Shown here piece by piece: positions 21,470 through 31,437 of a stretch of 64,000 bases of DNA. Source of the DNA: Candidatus Eiseniibacteriota bacterium (lineage in GTDB: Bacteria; Eisenbacteria; RBG-16-71-46); NCBI GenBank assembly GCA_963725865.1, contig CAVSAC010000014.1:1376001-1440000 (forward strand), in the 5' to 3' direction. Numbering within the stretch: position 1 is the stretch's first letter; every line of letters starts with the position of its first letter. The notes beneath the pieces are model-generated. The model was not told the DNA's origin. It searched no databases and saw nothing but the letters and a program-made list of their open reading frames with translations. Position numbers and translations under genes: made by a program.

Positions 21470-22091
21470 ATGAAGCGCTTCGCGCTCGCCCTGCTCGTCG
21501 TATCGCTCGTCATCGCGGCCGCGCCCGCCGCCCGCGCGTCCGGCAGTCTGGAGTGGGGGCTCAAGGCCGGCGTCACCTCGTCCACGCTCAACGGCGCCAT
21601 CCGCGACGCGTCCGATCCTCGAGTCCAACACCGACGTGACCGGCGGCCTGATGCTCGCGCTGCCGCTCGGCGGCGGCATCGCCATCCAGGGCGAGGCGCT
21701 GCTGGTGACCAAGGGCGCCGACATCCCCCGCACGAACGGCACGGACAAGGTGCGCTTCCGCGACGTGGAGTTCCCGGTGCTGGCGCGGCTGTCGTTCATG
21801 GACGCGCTGCCGGTGAAGCCGTTCATCGTCGCGGGGCCCTCGTTCGGTTACAACCTCGACGCCACCATCGACCCCGCGGACCCCGCCCTGCCGAAGCAGG
21901 ACCTCAAGGACGTGCGCAAGCTCGACACCGCGTTCGCCGCCGGTGCGGGCGCGCGCCTGCCGCTCGGCGCGATGGGGCTCACGCTGGAGGCGCGCTACTC
22001 GTCGTCGCTGTCCGACGTGCAGAAGGACGCGACCAACGCGATCCCCGGCCGCAACGCGGTGTTCACGTTCATGGCCGGCCTCGTCTTCTAG
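21470..22091 (+). CDS. Outer-membrane beta-barrel (porin-like) protein; frameshift (extra C at about 21617)
   Basis: AGGAGG RBS, signal peptide, WGLKAG. The second frame has ALLVTKGA, PFIVAGPSFGY, LEARY and a terminal FMAGLVF (BAM-type C-terminal Phe). Confidence 0.8.
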
Positions 22092-22123
22092 CCGGCCAGG
22101 CGGCGGGCGACGGGCGGGTCTCC

Positions 22124-22492
22124 ATGGGCGACACGCGCCGCATCCCGGTGCGCACCGACGCCGATCGCTGGACGTTCACCCAGCGCAACGTGTCGCTCTG
22201 GGACCTGCTCGACTTCTTCCCCGACGACGCGGTGGGCCCGCGCGGACCGAGCGACGCGCCGCGGCCGTACGCGGTGCGCCCGGTGACCGTCGAGACCGCG
22301 CTGGGGTTCGAGTTCGAGAGCGACATCCAGTTCGGCACCTGGATGTTCCGCCCGCGCTCGCCGAAGGAGCCCGGCATGATGCGCTGGTGCCGCGAGGCCG
22401 GGATCGAGGTGGGGGACGCGCTGGTGTTCGAGCGCCTCGCGGATCGCCGCTATCGCCTCACGCTCGAGAAGGGCGGCGCCGCGGGCGGCTGA
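22124..22492 (+). CDS. Hypothetical protein, possible B3/EcoRII-N-like DNA-binding pseudobarrel
   Basis: 122 aa with coding-like codon usage. The C-terminus RWCREAGIEVGDALVFERLADRRYRL resembles the B3-fold 'W..F.....L..GD.L.F' pattern. Confidence 0.6.
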   Translation: MGDTRRIPVRTDADRWTFTQRNVSLWDLLDFFPDDAVGPRGPSDAPRPYAVRPVTVETALGFEFESDIQFGTWMFRPRSPKEPGMMRWCREAGIEVGDALVFERLADRRYRLTLEKGGAAGG

Positions 22493-22577
22493 GGTGGCTC
22501 GGGGCGACGCGGGCGCACGATCGCGCGCTCGCGGCGCCGCCCGAGGCGCGATGGCCACGCGAACGGCCGCCACGCGA

Positions 22578-22609
22578 ACGGGCCCGCTCGCCTCGGCGCG
22601 CGGGCCCGT
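22578..22609. terminator. Hairpin between convergent genes, probable terminator
   Basis: 10-bp stem ACGGGCCCGC/GCGGGCCCGT, 17 nt past the selenoprotein stop. Confidence 0.55.
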
Positions 22610-22626
22610 CATACGTCTGCGGCGTG

Positions 22627-22848
22627 CTACGCGGGGATCTTCTCCAGCACCTCGCGCAGCTCGGGGAATCGCCCGGTCTCCTTCTTCGAGAACACCAGCG
22701 CTCCGTCGAGCACGATCTCGAACACGCCGCCGCTGCCCTTGATCAGCTCCACCTGCACCTCGCGGGACTTCCTGAGCTCGGCCGCCAGACTGACGGCCCG
22801 GGGTAGATACCCTCACTGCCCGCAGTAGGTGATCTGTACCTTCTTCAT
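22627..22848 (-). CDS. Rdx (SelW/SelT/SelH) family selenoprotein, 73 aa, Sec at codon 12
   Basis: AGGAGG RBS. Translation MKKVQITYCGQUGYLPRAVSLAAEL...LIKGSGGVFEIVLDGALVFSKKETGRFPE. The in-frame TGA at 22813-22815 sits in the CxxU position. The gene is absent from the ORF track. Confidence 0.9.
22780..22798 (-). promoter_or_regulatory. Putative bacterial SECIS element
   Basis: Hairpin GGCCGUCA-GUC-UGGCGGCC whose G-initiated loop begins 23 nt 3' of the UGA. Confidence 0.65.
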
Positions 22849-22923
22849 GATCGTCCTCCTGGATGGGTCGCAGAGGCCGAGCGCGACTGTAGCGGACCGC
22901 CCGCGTCGCGGCCAGCCCCGGCC

Positions 22924-22952
22924 TTGACCGCGCCACGCGGTGCGGGCAAGGT
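22924..22952 (+). promoter_or_regulatory. Putative sigma70 promoter of murB (TTGACC-N17-CAAGGT)
   Basis: Exact spacing; the -10 ends 10 nt before ATG 22963. Confidence 0.45.
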
Positions 22953-22962
22953 GCCGGGCGAC

Positions 22963-23961
22963 ATGCCCACTCGCACTCCGTCGATCGAGGAGCGGCTGCG
23001 GCGCGCGCTCGGCGACGGGCTGCGCACGCGCGAGCCGCTACGCCATCACACCACGTTCCGCATCGGCGGGCCGGCCGACTACTACATCGACGCGCGCACG
23101 CCGAGCGAGCTGACCGCGGCCCTGAGCGCGGCGCACGAGACCCGGTTGCCGTGCTTCCTGCTCGGGGGCGGGAGCAACCTGCTGGTCTCGGACGAGGGCT
23201 TCCGCGGCCTGGTGGTGCGGAACGCGTGCATGTCGATCACGTTCGACGGCACCGCCGTGCACGTGGAGGGCGGGACCGACTTCCTCGATCTGATCCAGGC
23301 GTGCCGCGACCACGCGCTCGAGGGCCTCGCGTTCGCGGCCGGCATCCCGGGCTCGGTGGGGGGCGCGATCTACGGCAACGCCGGGTGCTACGGGCAGGAC
23401 ATCGGCTCGTTCATCATCGAGTGCACGCACGCCACGCTCGACGGCGCGCAGGTCGAGACGCGGCCCGCCGCGTGGTACGAGTTCGCCTACCGCGATTCGC
23501 GGCTCAAGCGCGAGCCGCGCGCGCTGATCTCGTGCCTGCTGCAGCTGCGACCCGGCGATCCGGCGGCCATTCAGCGCGAGATCGACGAAAAGCTCCAGAT
23601 CCGCCGCGTGAAGCATCCACAGTGGCGCATCGAGCCGACCGCGGGCTCCTACTTCAAGAACCTGCCGCCCGACTGGCGGGTGCCGGGGGCGAAGCTCTCG
23701 CCCGGCACGCGCCGGGTCGCCGCGGGCCAGTTGCTCGAGGAGTGCGGCTGCCGCGGCCTGCGCGTGGGCGACGCCCAGGTGTTCCCGAAGCACGCGAACA
23801 TCCTGGTGAACGTGGGCCACGCCACCGCGCGCGACGTGCTGACGCTGGCGGCGATCATGAAGGCGCGGGTGCGCGAGCGCTTCGGCGTCACGCTCGAGGA
23901 GGAGGTCATGTTCCTCGGGCCGCGCCCCGAGCTGGGTCCGGTGGTGGATCCCGGCGCGTGA
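22963..23961 (+). CDS. murB: UDP-N-acetylenolpyruvoylglucosamine reductase
   Basis: HTTFRIGGPA, LGGGSNLLVSD, GIPGSVGGAIYGNAG, FAYRDS, AGSYFKN, KHANILVN, LEEEV. Confidence 0.95.
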   Translation: MPTRTPSIEERLRRALGDGLRTREPLRHHTTFRIGGPADYYIDARTPSELTAALSAAHETRLPCFLLGGGSNLLVSDEGFRGLVVRNACMSITFDGTAVHVEGGTDFLDLIQACRDHALEGLAFAAGIPGSVGGAIYGNAGCYGQDIGSFIIECTHATLDGAQVETRPAAWYEFAYRDSRLKREPRALISCLLQLRPGDPAAIQREIDEKLQIRRVKHPQWRIEPTAGSYFKNLPPDWRVPGAKLSPGTRRVAAGQLLEECGCRGLRVGDAQVFPKHANILVNVGHATARDVLTLAAIMKARVRERFGVTLEEEVMFLGPRPELGPVVDPGA

Positions 23962-24001
23962 GCGATGCGGCGGCGCCACCCGGCGCCGCGCGCAGTCGCG
24001 C

Positions 24002-25298
24002 CTACGCCCGCTCCCACCGCCGCGCCAGCAGGCGCGCGACGCCGAGGAACACGACCGTGAACGCGAGCAGCACGCCGAGCTGAGGCGCCAGGTCGACCAG
24101 CCGCGCGTCGCGCCAGAACACCTTGACGTAGCCGTCGAGCGCCCACGCGTTGAACGTGAGCAGGCCCAGCCGCTGCATGCCCTCGCTCATCAGGAAGCGC
24201 GGGAACATGCTGCCGCCGAGCGCGGACAGCGTGAGGATGAGCAGCGTCGAGATCCCGCCGAGCTGCTGCCGCGTGCGGCTCATGGTGGCGAGCAGCAGGC
24301 CGAAGGCGCCCGCGCAGGCGGCGGTGAACAGCGTCATCACGGCGAATCCATCGAGGTGCGCGAGCAGGTCGAGGTGGAAGAAGAACATCGCGTAGCCGAA
24401 CATCACCGTGATGCCCAGGCAGCCGAGCAGCACCAGGTAGGTGAACTTGCCGGCGAGCAGGCCGTTCATGCCGACGCGGCTCGTGAGGACCCGCTCGAGC
24501 GTGCCCGACTCGACCTCCTCGAGCAGCGACCCGGCGGCGCCGGTGGCGCTGAACAGCAGGAACATCACCGCGATGCCCGCGGCGTAGAACGAGATCATGC
24601 TGGTGTCGCGCTTGCGGCCCAGCAGCTCGCGGGTCTCGACGCGTATCAGCCCGCTGGCGCTGGAACCGCCGCCGCCGCCCGCGCCACCGAGCGACTTCAG
24701 CGTCGTGTCGCGCTCCTGTAGATCGAGCATCTTGAGCCACGCATTCGACGTCTCGCGCTGCTTCGGCGTCAGACCGCCCGCGTAGCGATCGAACTCGCCG
24801 ATGCCCTGGCGCGCCATCGACGACGGCATCGCGGTCATCACCACCTTCTGCAGCAGGCCCGCCGACCATCTGCGGCGCCACCGGGTCCGACGGGTCGGTG
24901 AGCAGCAGGACCGGCTGGCCACCGCCGTCGAAGCGCCCGACCGAGGAGTCGATCCCCGCCGGCACCACCAGCGCCACCGAGACGTCGCCGCCGCGCACCA
25001 TCGCCTCGGCGCGCGCGCGGTCGATCGGCACCGGCGTGGTGTCGGCGACGCTCGCGCTGCACGGTCGTGCGCACGTGCAGGCTCTTCTCCGCCGCGAGCG
25101 CCTTGATCAGGCGCTCGCTGGTCGCGGTGCGCGCTTCGTCCACCACCACCACCGCCACGCGCGGCGTGGCGTCACGGCCGCGCCCGCCGAAAACGAACGC
25201 GAAGATGGTGAAGAACACGATGGGCACCGCGAACGTGAGGACCTGCGCGGGACGGTCGCGGCGCAGGTTCGTGAAGTAGACGCGCAGCAGGGTGAGGA

Positions 25299-25302
<4 letters not shown>
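24002..25302 (-). CDS. ABC-2 type exporter permease; two frameshifts (about 25055 and about 24862)
   Basis: It starts by ATGA overlap with the ATPase (MILTLLRVYFTNLRRD). The middle part lies in a second frame (ARAEAMVRGGDVSVALVVPAG), and the C-terminal part with EEVESGTLERV and LGGSMFP in a third. Confidence 0.8.
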
Positions 25303-26213
<911 letters not shown>

Positions 26214-26409
26214 GTCGGGCACTCTACGCGGCATCGCCCGCCCGAGTCGTGGGCCTGGCGCCGAACGGTCGGAGCGGGCGGATGAACGGTCGCACGGCGG
26301 CCTGCAGCGTCGGCCGAGCCGGCCGGGAGCACTCCCCGGGGCCGGCGGCGAGCCCGCGCGGCCGCCCGTCCCCGCGCCCGACCGGCGCCGCGTCGATCTC
26401 GCTCCCGCG

Positions 26410-27306
26410 CTACCGGAATCGCACCTTGAGCGCGCCCCAGCTGGTGCGCACCGTGGGCGTCGTGACGTCGTGGAACGACACGCGCGAGCGCGGCTCCACG
26501 CCGATGTCGGCGAGCCCGTCGCAGTCCTGGTCGATGGGGACGATCGCGAAGTTGTCGATCAGCACCGGGATCAGGTAGTCGGTCGGATGCCCGCCGGTGT
26601 TGTTGGGGGCCGAGTCCGGACCGCTCACGCCGTCGGGGCCGCCGGTGACGAAGCCGACCAGGTGCAGCTGCGCGCACGCCGGCAGCACGGTCAGCGTGTC
26701 GGGCGGCCCGCCGGAGGTCACCACGCTGTCGCGCGTGAGCCCCGGGAACACCGTGCTCCACGGGATCATGAACTCCATCGCGGTGCCGGGGTTGTCGCGG
26801 AAGAACGTGGCGTGTGCGTCGAACAGCGTTCCGGGCACGTTGTCGGACACCAGGTCGCCGCCCTGGTGCAGCAGCAGGCGGGGCGCGGTGTTCTCGTCCC
26901 AGGTGCAGGCCAGCAGGTCGGGCGCGAAGTCCGACGAGAAGTCGAACAAGCGCCGCCAGCTGTTGATCGCCGACATGCTGGTGAGCCCGCGCCCGTCCAT
27001 CGCGTCGACCGCGAGGACGATGTTGTTGCCCCAGATGGTCGCTTCGACCGCCAGGTAGAGCCGGCGACTGTCCCAGGTGATGCGGATCTGGCGCAGGTCC
27101 TCCAGTGCGCCCCACTGCGAGTCGTCGGGCGGCTCCTCGGGAGTGCCCGACGCCGTGAGGCCGAAGATCACCTCGTCGGGAGCGAAGTCGTTGGTGTAGC
27201 CGTCCACCACCATCCGGCCGCGCAGGTCGGGCTCGGTGGTCGCGGCCGCGAGCCTCGGAACGCACAGTCCGAACACCAGAACGCACGCCATCGCGTACGT
27301 ACGCAT
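26410..27306 (-). CDS. Secreted protein (DOMON/carbohydrate-binding-like beta domain) with C-terminal SWGALKVRFR tail
   Basis: GAGGAGG RBS, signal peptide, VVDG...DF, ITWDSRRLYLAV, MEFMIPW; ends TPTVRTSWGALKVRFR. Confidence 0.7.
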   Translation of the reverse strand: MRTYAMACVLVFGLCVPRLAAATTEPDLRGRMVVDGYTNDFAPDEVIFGLTASGTPEEPPDDSQWGALEDLRQIRITWDSRRLYLAVEATIWGNNIVLAVDAMDGRGLTSMSAINSWRRLFDFSSDFAPDLLACTWDENTAPRLLLHQGGDLVSDNVPGTLFDAHATFFRDNPGTAMEFMIPWSTVFPGLTRDSVVTSGGPPDTLTVLPACAQLHLVGFVTGGPDGVSGPDSAPNNTGGHPTDYLIPVLIDNFAIVPIDQDCDGLADIGVEPRSRVSFHDVTTPTVRTSWGALKVRFR

Positions 27307-27416
27307 GGAACACCTCCTCGGAGTTTGGCGCTTCAGCGCAAGGCGCCGATCCCCGGAGGCGATTGAACCATCGGCCCACGCGGACAGCCATGCCTCCCGG
27401 AGGAGGCGGGCCCGGC

Positions 27417-28412
27417 TCAGCCGCCGATCGCGCTCATGCCGCGCTGGGGCTGCTGGAAGAACGGGCTGTTGATGAGGTGCCCGGGCTCCTTGCGCCACAC
27501 CGCGGAGCGCAGGATCTCGGCGATCGCCTCGTCGCTGTCGCCGCGCCGCATCGCGTCGCGCACGTCGTACTCGCGATGGGCGAACAGGCAGGTGCGGATC
27601 TGCCCGTCGGCGGTGAGCCGGATGCGGTCGCAGTGCCCGCAGAACGGGCGCGTGACCGAGGCGATCACGCCGAGCCGGCCGCGGCCGTCGAGGTAGCGGT
27701 ACATCGACGCCGGCGCGCTCGGGTCCTCGACGCGCGCCGGCTCGAGCGGATACGCGGCGGCCACCTGGCTCAGGATCTCCGCGGCCGGCACCAGCCGCTC
27801 GCGCGACCAGCCGTGGCCGAAGTCCAGCGGCATCCACTCGATGAAGCGCAGCTCGTAGCCCTCGTCGCGCGCCCAGCCCGCCAGCCGCACCGCCTCGTCC
27901 TCGTTGTAGCCGCGCATCAGCACCGCGTTGAGTTTGATCGGCGCGTAGCCGAGCGCGCGCGCGGCCTCGAGGCCGGCGAGCACGTCAGCGAGCCGGTCGC
28001 GGCGTGCGAGCGCCTGGAAGCGCGCGCGGTCGAGCGTGTCGAGGCTGACGTTCAACCGCGTGAGCCCCGCCTCGCGCAGCGCCGCGCCCATCTCGACCAG
28101 CTTGAGGCCGTTGGTGGTGAGCGCCAGGTCGAGGCCGGGGCGCAGGTCGTGGACCATGCGCACCAGCACCGGCAGGTCGAGTCGCACCGTGGGCTCGCCG
28201 CCGGTGAGCCGGATACCCGTCACGCCGAGCGACAGGCACACGCGCGCGAGCCGCGTGATCTCCTCGTACGTGAGGATGCGGTCCTTGGGCAGCCACGGCA
28301 TGCCCTCGGCCGGCATGCAGTACACGCAGCGGAGGTTGCAGCGGTCGGTGACCGAGATCCGCAGGTCACGGACCACGCGGCCCTGGGTGTCGATCAGTGT
28401 CGTCGGTTCCAT
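27417..28412 (-). CDS. moaA: GTP 3',8-cyclase (molybdenum cofactor biosynthesis)
   Basis: LRISVTDRCNLRCVYCMP, RLTGGEP, NVSLDTL, PFCGHCDRIRLTADG..RTCLF, C-terminal MSAIGG. Confidence 0.96.
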   Translation of the reverse strand: MEPTTLIDTQGRVVRDLRISVTDRCNLRCVYCMPAEGMPWLPKDRILTYEEITRLARVCLSLGVTGIRLTGGEPTVRLDLPVLVRMVHDLRPGLDLALTTNGLKLVEMGAALREAGLTRLNVSLDTLDRARFQALARRDRLADVLAGLEAARALGYAPIKLNAVLMRGYNEDEAVRLAGWARDEGYELRFIEWMPLDFGHGWSRERLVPAAEILSQVAAAYPLEPARVEDPSAPASMYRYLDGRGRLGVIASVTRPFCGHCDRIRLTADGQIRTCLFAHREYDVRDAMRRGDSDEAIAEILRSAVWRKEPGHLINSPFFQQPQRGMSAIGG

Positions 28413-28424
28413 GGGGTGGCCGGC

Positions 28425-28499
28425 ATTCTACACCAGGCGGGCCGCGCGGCGCGCCGGTCGGACCGGCCATTGACGAGGCCCGCGGGTCCCTTCTAGGGT
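28425..28499. promoter_or_regulatory. Divergent promoters: TAGAAT -10 (minus, moaA) and TTGACG-N18-TAGGGT (plus)
   Basis: ATTCTA at 28425-28430, TTGACG at 28470-28475, TAGGGT at 28494-28499. Confidence 0.5.
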
Positions 28500-28533
28500 C
28501 GCGGCTCGTCCGTCGTCCCCGACCGGAGAGCCC

Positions 28534-30414
28534 GTGCCCCGACCTGCCGCCCGAGCCGTGCCGCCCGCCCCGTCCGCCGTCGCCCCGCCGCCGCGGACGT
28601 GGCGCGACCCGTGGGCCTGGGCGAGCGTGCTCGCGGCGCTGCCGCTCGCGTGGGCGATGCGCGGCGCGCCGTGGGGCGAGCCGGTGGCCGAGGACTTCGA
28701 CTTCCTGCACCACGCGCTGTTCACGGGCGTGGGATCGCTGCTCGACGGCGGTGGCTCGCTGGCGTTCTGGCGCCCGATCCCGCACCAGCTCTACTACGCG
28801 GCACTCGCCCCGCTGCTGCTCGCGCGGCCCGCGGCGGTGGCGGGGATGCACCTGGCGCTGCTGGCGCTCGGTTCACTACTGCTCTACCGCACGCTGCGGC
28901 CTTCGTGGAGCGGGCCGCTGGCGGCCGCCGCGGCGTCGTTCCCGCTGCTGGCCGAGTCGGTGCGCACGATCGTCGGCTGGCCGACCCAGTTCGTGGACCT
29001 CGGCGTGTTCGTGGCGGTGGCGCTCGCGCTGCACGAGACCTCGCGCCGCCGCCTGCCGACCGCGCTCGCCGCGTTGTTCGCGGCGCTGCTGTGCAAGGAG
29101 GTGGCAGTGGTGGCCGCGCTGCTGCTGCCGTTCCTGCCGTCGCCACTGCCGTGGGGGCGGCGCGCGCGGGTGCGCTGGGCGCTCGCGACGTGGTCGGTGA
29201 CCGCCGCGTGGGCGCTGCTCTACCTCTACGTGCGCCGCACCGCGCACCTCGAGCTGCCGCACGGGGTCGAGCACGACGCCGCGGTGCTCGCCACCCCGCT
29301 CGCCACCCGGGTGGTGTGGGCGTTCGGCGGCAGCCTCAAGGCGCTCGCGAGCCTGACGCGGATCGCGGGCCCGCGCGATCTCGCGGTGCTGCGCGCGGGC
29401 GTCGTGCTGTTCGCGACGGGACTGCTGTGGCTGGTGGTGGACCGCGTGGCGCGGGCGCGCGCGGCGCGCGCGCGCGGCTGGATCGCGTGGGGGCTCGCGT
29501 GGTTCGCGCTGGCGAGCCTGGCGCTCACGCCGATCTTCCCGATGTGGCAGCCGAACCGCAGCCAGTTCGGCAGCCTGGGCCTCGGGATCGCGGCGATCGC
29601 GCTGCTGGGCGCCGCGCATCCGCTGCTCGCGTGGACGCTGGCGCTCGGGCGGGTGGCGCTGCTGGGCCTGGCACCCGGCACGGCGACGAGCGTGAGCGCG
29701 CTGCCGCCCGACACCGGCGCGTTCATCGACTTCCAGCGCCTCACGCGGCTGCAGCTCTTCATGCGGGCGGCGCGCGGCACGCTGAAGGCGCGCTACCCGA
29801 CGCTGCCGCGCGGCGCTGGGGTGGCGCAGCAGAACCTGCCGCAGGCGCTCCAGTACGCGCTCGGCGGCGATCACGCGCTGCAGGTGTGGTACCGCGATTC
29901 GACGCTGCGGTGGGTGCACAACGCGGAGTTCCGCGCGCGCCCCGACCTCGCGGTCGCCACCGTGCTGCGCTACCAGATCAGCCGGCCGGACCGCCTGGTG
30001 CTGGTGGAGCCGCAGGCGCTGCGCACGCAGATCGCGGGCTACGAGCTGCTGCAGCAGAGCCGCTGGGCCGAGGCGCTGGCCGCGTTCGCGCGCGCGGAGT
30101 CGCTGCAGGTCGACACCGCCGCGACCGAGTTCCGGGCCTACGACGAGGGGCGCAGCGCGTACGTGCTGGTGCAGCTCGGGCGCTTCGCCGAGGGCGAGCG
30201 CCGGGCGCGCCGGGCGCTCGCCCTCGATCCGACCGATGCGAACGCGGCCTACGTGCTCGCGCTGGCGCTCGCGCAGCAGCGCCGCTACGACGAATCCGAA
30301 CTGGTGCTCGACGCGCTCGCGCGCGTGGCGCCCGCCGATCCCGACGCGCAGTCGCTGCGCGCCGCGATCGCGGAGGCGCGCGCCCGCGGCGCGGCCGCGA
30401 CTCCGTCCCACTGA
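28534..30414 (+). CDS. Polytopic membrane protein (GT-C/TMTC-like) with C-terminal TPRs
   Basis: VAEDFDFL acidic loop, FWRP, ALLCKE, many TM segments, then TPRs (LGRFAEGERRARRALALDP..ANAAYVLALALAQQRRYDE). Confidence 0.7.
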   Translation: MPRPAARAVPPAPSAVAPPPRTWRDPWAWASVLAALPLAWAMRGAPWGEPVAEDFDFLHHALFTGVGSLLDGGGSLAFWRPIPHQLYYAALAPLLLARPAAVAGMHLALLALGSLLLYRTLRPSWSGPLAAAAASFPLLAESVRTIVGWPTQFVDLGVFVAVALALHETSRRRLPTALAALFAALLCKEVAVVAALLLPFLPSPLPWGRRARVRWALATWSVTAAWALLYLYVRRTAHLELPHGVEHDAAVLATPLATRVVWAFGGSLKALASLTRIAGPRDLAVLRAGVVLFATGLLWLVVDRVARARAARARGWIAWGLAWFALASLALTPIFPMWQPNRSQFGSLGLGIAAIALLGAAHPLLAWTLALGRVALLGLAPGTATSVSALPPDTGAFIDFQRLTRLQLFMRAARGTLKARYPTLPRGAGVAQQNLPQALQYALGGDHALQVWYRDSTLRWVHNAEFRARPDLAVATVLRYQISRPDRLVLVEPQALRTQIAGYELLQQSRWAEALAAFARAESLQVDTAATEFRAYDEGRSAYVLVQLGRFAEGERRARRALALDPTDANAAYVLALALAQQRRYDESELVLDALARVAPADPDAQSLRAAIAEARARGAAATPSH

Positions 30415-30449
30415 GTGCCCGCCGCCCGCTCGCCCGAGGAGAATCGTCC

Positions 30450-31406
30450 ATGCGAAGCATCCGAGACCTGATCCGCGGCGCGGTCGCGGCCGCGGTCGTG
30501 GCGCTGGCCGCCGCGGCGCCGGCCCGCGCGCAGCAGGTCGCCGACACCACGTTCGACACCCGGGTCGCGCACCCGGCGTTCACCGCGCGCCACCCGGTGG
30601 TGCGGGTCGACGAGGCGCACCACGAGTTCCACACCGCGGGCGGCCGCTACCAGGTGTTCGCCGACCTGGTCGCGAACGACGGCGCGCGGATCGAGCGCGG
30701 CACGACCCCGTTCACGCTCGCGGGGCTGAAGGGCTGCGACGTGCTGGTGATCTCGAACGCGCTCGGCGACGAGGACATGTCGGTCCCGGCGGCCGAGCAC
30801 GCCGCGTTCACGCCCGCCGAGTGCGACGCGGTGCGCGAATGGGTGCGCGCGGGCGGCGGACTGCTGCTGATCGCCGACCACGCGCCCATGGGTGCGGCGG
30901 CCCGCCCGCTCGGCGAGCGCTTCGGCGTCGACATGCGCAACGCCTACTGCATCGATCCGGGGCCGGGCAACGCCGCCGGGCAGCCCGGGCTGTGCACGTT
31001 CACCGCGGCCTACGGGCTCGACACCACGCACGTCGTCGTCCGCGGGCGCGATGCGAGCGAGCGCGTGCGCACGGTGACGACGTTCACCGGCCAGTCGCTC
31101 GCGGGTCCGCCGGGCGCGACCTCGCTGCTCACGTTCGGGCCCAGCGCCGTGGACCTGATGGTGGGCTTCGGCAAGGCGAGCGGGCCGGTGCCCGACTCGC
31201 TCAAGAAGCGCGCGGAGGGTCGCTCGCAGGCGCTCGCGTTCCCGTTCGGCGAGGGTCGCGTGGTGGTGCTGGGCGAGGCCGCGATGCTCTCCGCCCAGCT
31301 CGCGGGGCCGGGGGGACAGTTCAAGATGGGGATGAACCGCCCCGGGATCGACAATCGCCAGCTCGCGCTCAACATCGTCCGCTGGCTGGCGCGCGAGCTG
31401 CCGTAG
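30450..31406 (+). CDS. Secreted DUF4350/class I GATase-like domain protein
   Basis: GAGGAG RBS, signal peptide, VDEAHHEFHT, WVRAGGGLLLIADH, GEGRVVVLGE, DNRQLALNIVRWL. Confidence 0.72.
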   Translation: MRSIRDLIRGAVAAAVVALAAAAPARAQQVADTTFDTRVAHPAFTARHPVVRVDEAHHEFHTAGGRYQVFADLVANDGARIERGTTPFTLAGLKGCDVLVISNALGDEDMSVPAAEHAAFTPAECDAVREWVRAGGGLLLIADHAPMGAAARPLGERFGVDMRNAYCIDPGPGNAAGQPGLCTFTAAYGLDTTHVVVRGRDASERVRTVTTFTGQSLAGPPGATSLLTFGPSAVDLMVGFGKASGPVPDSLKKRAEGRSQALAFPFGEGRVVVLGEAAMLSAQLAGPGGQFKMGMNRPGIDNRQLALNIVRWLARELP

Positions 31407-31437
31407 CGCGCGCCGGCACACGCTATACTCCGCCGCC

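Noticed and set aside
22554..22581. 13-bp direct repeat GCCACGCGAACGG (two copies, 15-bp period)
   Set aside because: It is a short intergenic duplication next to a terminator, with no evidence of an insertion target site or function.
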